64,000 bases of DNA from Spirogloea muscicola. Lineage: Eukaryota. Under the pieces are notes generated by a model, which was given only the letters and a program-made list of their open reading frames with translations, made no database searches and was not told the origin of the DNA. The stretch covers positions 1,229,361-1,293,360 of the forward strand of contig WELB01000011.1 in the NCBI GenBank assembly GCA_009602725.1, in the 5' to 3' direction. The stretch's first letter is position 1; the number at the start of each line of letters is the position of its first letter. Shown here in pieces: positions 59,934 through 64,000 of the stretch. The translations under genes and the position numbers were made by a program.

Positions 59934-62816
59934 CTACAAGCGATTGCTCATCCTTGTGCTTAATGCACGCTCTCCTTCGCTTTTGTCATTCCGACGAGGC
60001 ACCATTGGTGTTGCAGCAACCCATGACAGCGTGGTGGCCATGCCGCCCATGGCCAGCACCGTAAGCGGAACGCGTAGTGGAAGGTACCTGTCTTGATAGC
60101 ATCGAGAGCGAGTGTGACACAGTCGCAGCAATTGCAGCAATACCTTGTCAGAAGGAAGATGCATTCATATCACATAGAGCTGCTTACGTTGCTATACAGA
60201 AGTGCGTCCTTAAGCACGTTTGAAGCCCAAAACTCAAATGCAGATGTTGGTGCAACTAACCAGGCTGGCACAAGCTTCAGCCTTGCAAACACAGCATCAA
60301 CCCCAAAAGCCTGCATGTCCAATCAAAATACTTGCAAAAGAGAAGCACTCCAACAAAGAGGCATTGACTTGTCGCTCAAAGCGCATTGCTTCGTGTGACA
60401 TTTCCAGCTGGACTGTCTGGATCACCATGAGCCAAGAAATCATCTCGTATGACGACGCTTGCAACAACGCTGATAGCTGATGGAATCAAGTGTCTAAAAA
60501 GAGACCACTGCCAACCACTGAGCATGCCTGAATTGTGTACTCAAGGTGCTGCAGAGCTTTCAGTGCGCAGGCTCTTGCAGTGAGTGGCTCACCAGCCCAA
60601 GAGATCCGATGAGGATAACAAATCTCTCCAGCGGAGGCTGCAGGAGAGCGTACCAGGCAAGCAATGCAGGAATGATTCCCCATGTATACCTGCAATAAGA
60701 GGGCAAACTGTGACTGCATGTTTTGATTTGAACAATAAGGTGACTGGGTGACCAATTCAGAAGAACATCAACTGCCTGCATTGTAGCAACTATGCTTCCA
60801 ACAAGCTGTACTGCATTCATGTCCTAGTTGCCTTGAACTGCAGTCAGCAAGTTGCGCTGCACCTTGCAATATTTGCTGTGACACCTGCTGTTGCGCTGGC
60901 TATGCTGTGAGTATGCGTTGCTGCAAACCAACCAATAATTTGATCTCCCTTAGCTTGGACAAAGCATCTATAGTCTGCTTGCTGACCAATACTTCGCTGA
61001 TGTACAGTGTGCTTAGAAGTGGTGTAGGGACTACTTCCGACGCACTTCACATTGGGATTGTGGCAGTGCCTCTACTGCAAGCTGTATGACAATGACTACA
61101 CAACTTCATATGTCACACCTGGGTAGTTGGCCATTGCAAAGCCCCAATGCGGCCCGCCCAGGAATGACAGTATTGTTGCTCCATAAGCCGCCTGTGCCTC
61201 GGCAGCCTTTAGTCGCAGCTTATCCTGCAGATTTCCAACTATCAGCATCACATACATGCAGCAGAAGGCTCGCTGAAACTTCATATTCCAACCTGCCCAC
61301 ATCACAATGGCTTGCGTTACTGTACCAGTTTCCTGAAGAAGAGCAACCTTACTGCCCGTGGTGTTTAGGACAATGACTTCAGCTTATAGGCAGTTCAATG
61401 ATGATGCAGCAAGCTTCCTCTCTAGAACGGCAGCAGCAACAAGATATATGTATGTGGAGAAGTGAACGCCATTGACATTATGCTTCGGCATAATGACATT
61501 AGCATGTCATCCTGTCTATCAAACAGTGATGTTCAGTGTGCACAATGCTCACCGGAAGCGGTACAAATGGTGACACAGGAGGGGCGAGGGCTACGAATGG
61601 GATGGCGCCTGCAAAGCCCAGCAAAAGGGGCACCAGCGGCACTGATGCCAGGTCTGTGACGCTGTGCCACACCCGGCTGCCGAAGCTACTTGTACGTCCC
61701 CCACCGCGACCACCTTCTGTGTAGCCCTTGCCACGAGCTGCTGCTGCTGCTGCTGCCTTTGCAGCCGCCTCCTGAGACACCGACAAAACTCAGCTGCAGA
61801 TTGGAAATCGTAATTATAAGTCAGATTGGGTGCCAAAAGATTTGCTTCAAAAGCAGTGGCAACTCGCGCCGAGCTCAAGGACAAATCAATCCACATCCCA
61901 ATGCACAGTGGCAGTGCTCCAGCTACAGTATATGAGTACATCTCTTCTCAGCACTAGAAAGTTACTAGTACCACAGGACCTTGCAATGCAGCTGAACCAT
62001 GTCAATTAGCACGCCACTTGCCCCTCTACATGCCCCATGCTGAGCTTGCTCTGCTGGCATCAGTGTGATGTCTTACCGGCACAGGGCCAGAGCTCGTTGA
62101 AACAGCAGGAGTAGACGTCAAGAGCCTGCTGCATGGAAGGGTAACTGGCTTGCTCTGCGCGCCACCCATTAAGACGAGCTCAGCTTCACGAGCATCAAGC
62201 TCGTCTACACTCTCCTCCGTCTTGCATGGCCTATGCATGGCTGCTCACGGCTTGCAACCTTCGCTCGACACCGCCAACCATGGGAGCAAGCTGGTCAAGG
62301 CCGACAACTATCGGGTCCCGTCCAGCTCAAGCAAATCTAGCTGGTTTCACTGGCCCCGGCTGCTCGTGTGCAACTCCACACTGACAAGCTGCCCATAACT
62401 TGTCCACTGCACACTTGGCCACTCGAGCATGGCGCATGCAGAAGACGCCGCGTGCACGAGCTCTCGGAGGAGTGGGGAAGCCCCACCTAATCTTGGGCAG
62501 TCGCTGAGACATGCACGCCTTACCTCGGCAAGCAGCTCCACGGCCTGGAGCCCCCGCAGACGGGCGCTGTGACGCGATCTCAATGTCGTGCCAGCTGCGA
62601 CGCTGCTGCTACCGCCGCAGCCCACGCCAGCGAAGGCTCGCGCGCCCAGCACCACTGGCTGAAGGCGGCGGACGTTGGAGACCGCCTCCTGCGCCGTTGG
62701 GAGCCCGTCGACGACGTCATGCGGGGGCCCCGCGAAGCCGCAGCGCCGCAGCAGCTCGGGCGGGAAGCCCGCGCCGGCGGCGCCGCCGTGGTCGAGGAAG
62801 CGGGCGGCCGGCGGGC
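59934..62816 (-). CDS. DUF3429 / TMEM69-like membrane protein, multi-exon; start probably lies in the gap
   Basis: PLLLGFAGAIPF; AQAAYGATILSFLGGPHWGFAM; YTWGIIPALLAW; YLPLRVPLTV. Confidence 0.8.
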
Positions 62817-62953
62817 NNNNNNNNNNNNNNNNNNNNNNNNNNNNNNNNNNNNNNNNNNNNNNNNNNNNNNNNNNNNNNNNNNNNNNNNNNNNNNNNNNNN
62901 NNNNNNNNNNNNNNNNNNNNNNNNNNNNNNNNNNNNNNNNNNNNNNNNNNNNN
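62817..62953. other. Assembly gap (N run)
   Basis: 137 N. Confidence 1.
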
Positions 62954-64000
62954 GGCCGGCCGCCGCTGGCTGGCGGCAGGGCCAGGCACAGCGCTCGCGC
63001 GACCAGCCGGCGGCAGCGCCCTGCCGCCGTGTGCCCTTCGGGTGCGGCCCTCAGGCCCGGGCGCGCGCAGACGACTGCTCCGCATGCTCATCAATGGCGG
63101 CGCAGGCGCGCTCAGACGGCGCCTCGGAGCAGCAGCCACCAGAGATCTTCTCCAGCACGTGCAACGTGCCGGCAATGGCGGGAGCATCCCAGTCGTGGCA
63201 CACGGCAGCCGCCAGGGGCCACGCTGCTGGAAGTCGGTGTTGGCTGGCTGTACGTCCTCAGGTATCCAAGGCCTCCGACCAGGGCAAGGGTGCTATGGGT
63301 TGACGTGATCACTTGCAGCATATTTGTCCTGCCGGCCGCTGAACACTGTGGAGCTGATCTGCACGCGAACGAAACCAAGTCTCAGAGGATTTGGGACGTA
63401 CATGAGACCCAGTATCTCTGCAGCAATTCTGGCAGTCATTGCCACTTTTGTCACCTGAGGATGTGACAAACGTGGGAAGCTGCAGCTCTTCGCAGACGGC
63501 GTGCCTCTTGCGATTTAGGGGGTGGGAAGACAGTGGCCAGTGCAGCAAATACTGGAGAGGCTTCCATTCAAAAGTCAATCAATGCACCTTCCAGCACTCT
63601 TGCAGATTAAAATTTCCAACTTTGGCTGTCAAAAGTCTCGGCGCTGACTGGAAATGTCATCCTATTTACTTTTTCTGCTATAGAGCTGCGGTGTTTAGAC
63701 GATTTTTTCTTGTGCAGGATGCTGTTTTCGTTGACATGAAAGCAAAACTCTTTGCCACTGATTTGGCAGGCCACCTAGGAGGCGGAGGAGGTTGGATGAA
63801 GTCTGCATGGAGCGATTTCCACAGTACAGTCGCTCGACAATCCAGTCATGGATAGTCCAAGGTGAGAGAGGTCCAATCTGCTACATGCTCGCTTTGCTGC
63901 TAATGCAGAACGTCAAGTCAGCTTAGCATACTTTGTTAATCAGCACTGAGATTGGTGCCCAATACTGCAGTGACAATGTAGGATGTGCTTCCTGAATGTA
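62954..64000 (+). CDS. Possible 5' part of an unidentified gene starting in the gap
   Basis: GC-rich open frames followed by CAG/GTA and CAG/GAT splice-like sites; no family recognised. Confidence 0.25.

Overview
Eukaryotic nuclear DNA with intron-containing, plant-like genes and GC-rich, (GCC)n-rich 5' exons. The mix of land-plant-type genes with a cobalamin-trafficking gene suggests a streptophyte green alga (inference). It is a draft assembly with two N-gaps and four single-N joins. Recognisable genes: CPP1/DUF3353 chaperone, sphingoid base hydroxylase, nucleotide-diphospho-sugar transferase, tRNA-Ser(UGA), two USP-domain paralogues, GDPD, HESO1-like nucleotidyltransferase, CblD/MMADHC, an intron-containing LptB-like ABC ATPase, CDC123, two tandem HIR/band-7 genes (the second with an in-frame TAA), a small Cys/His protein and a DUF3429/TMEM69 gene. 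The main unexplained structure is a swarm of dozens of 5'-truncated pieces from several divergent families of CRE-like non-LTR retrotransposons (zinc knuckle plus restriction-like endonuclease). Wherever the coding end survives it reads L[T/S/I]RGY* or a close variant, followed by a family-specific hairpin 3' UTR and a TTC/TCT tail. The pieces pile up almost only on the 5' side of genes and nest at each other's tails, while convergent 3' spacers are free of them. Exon limits were placed by eye, and no database search was run.
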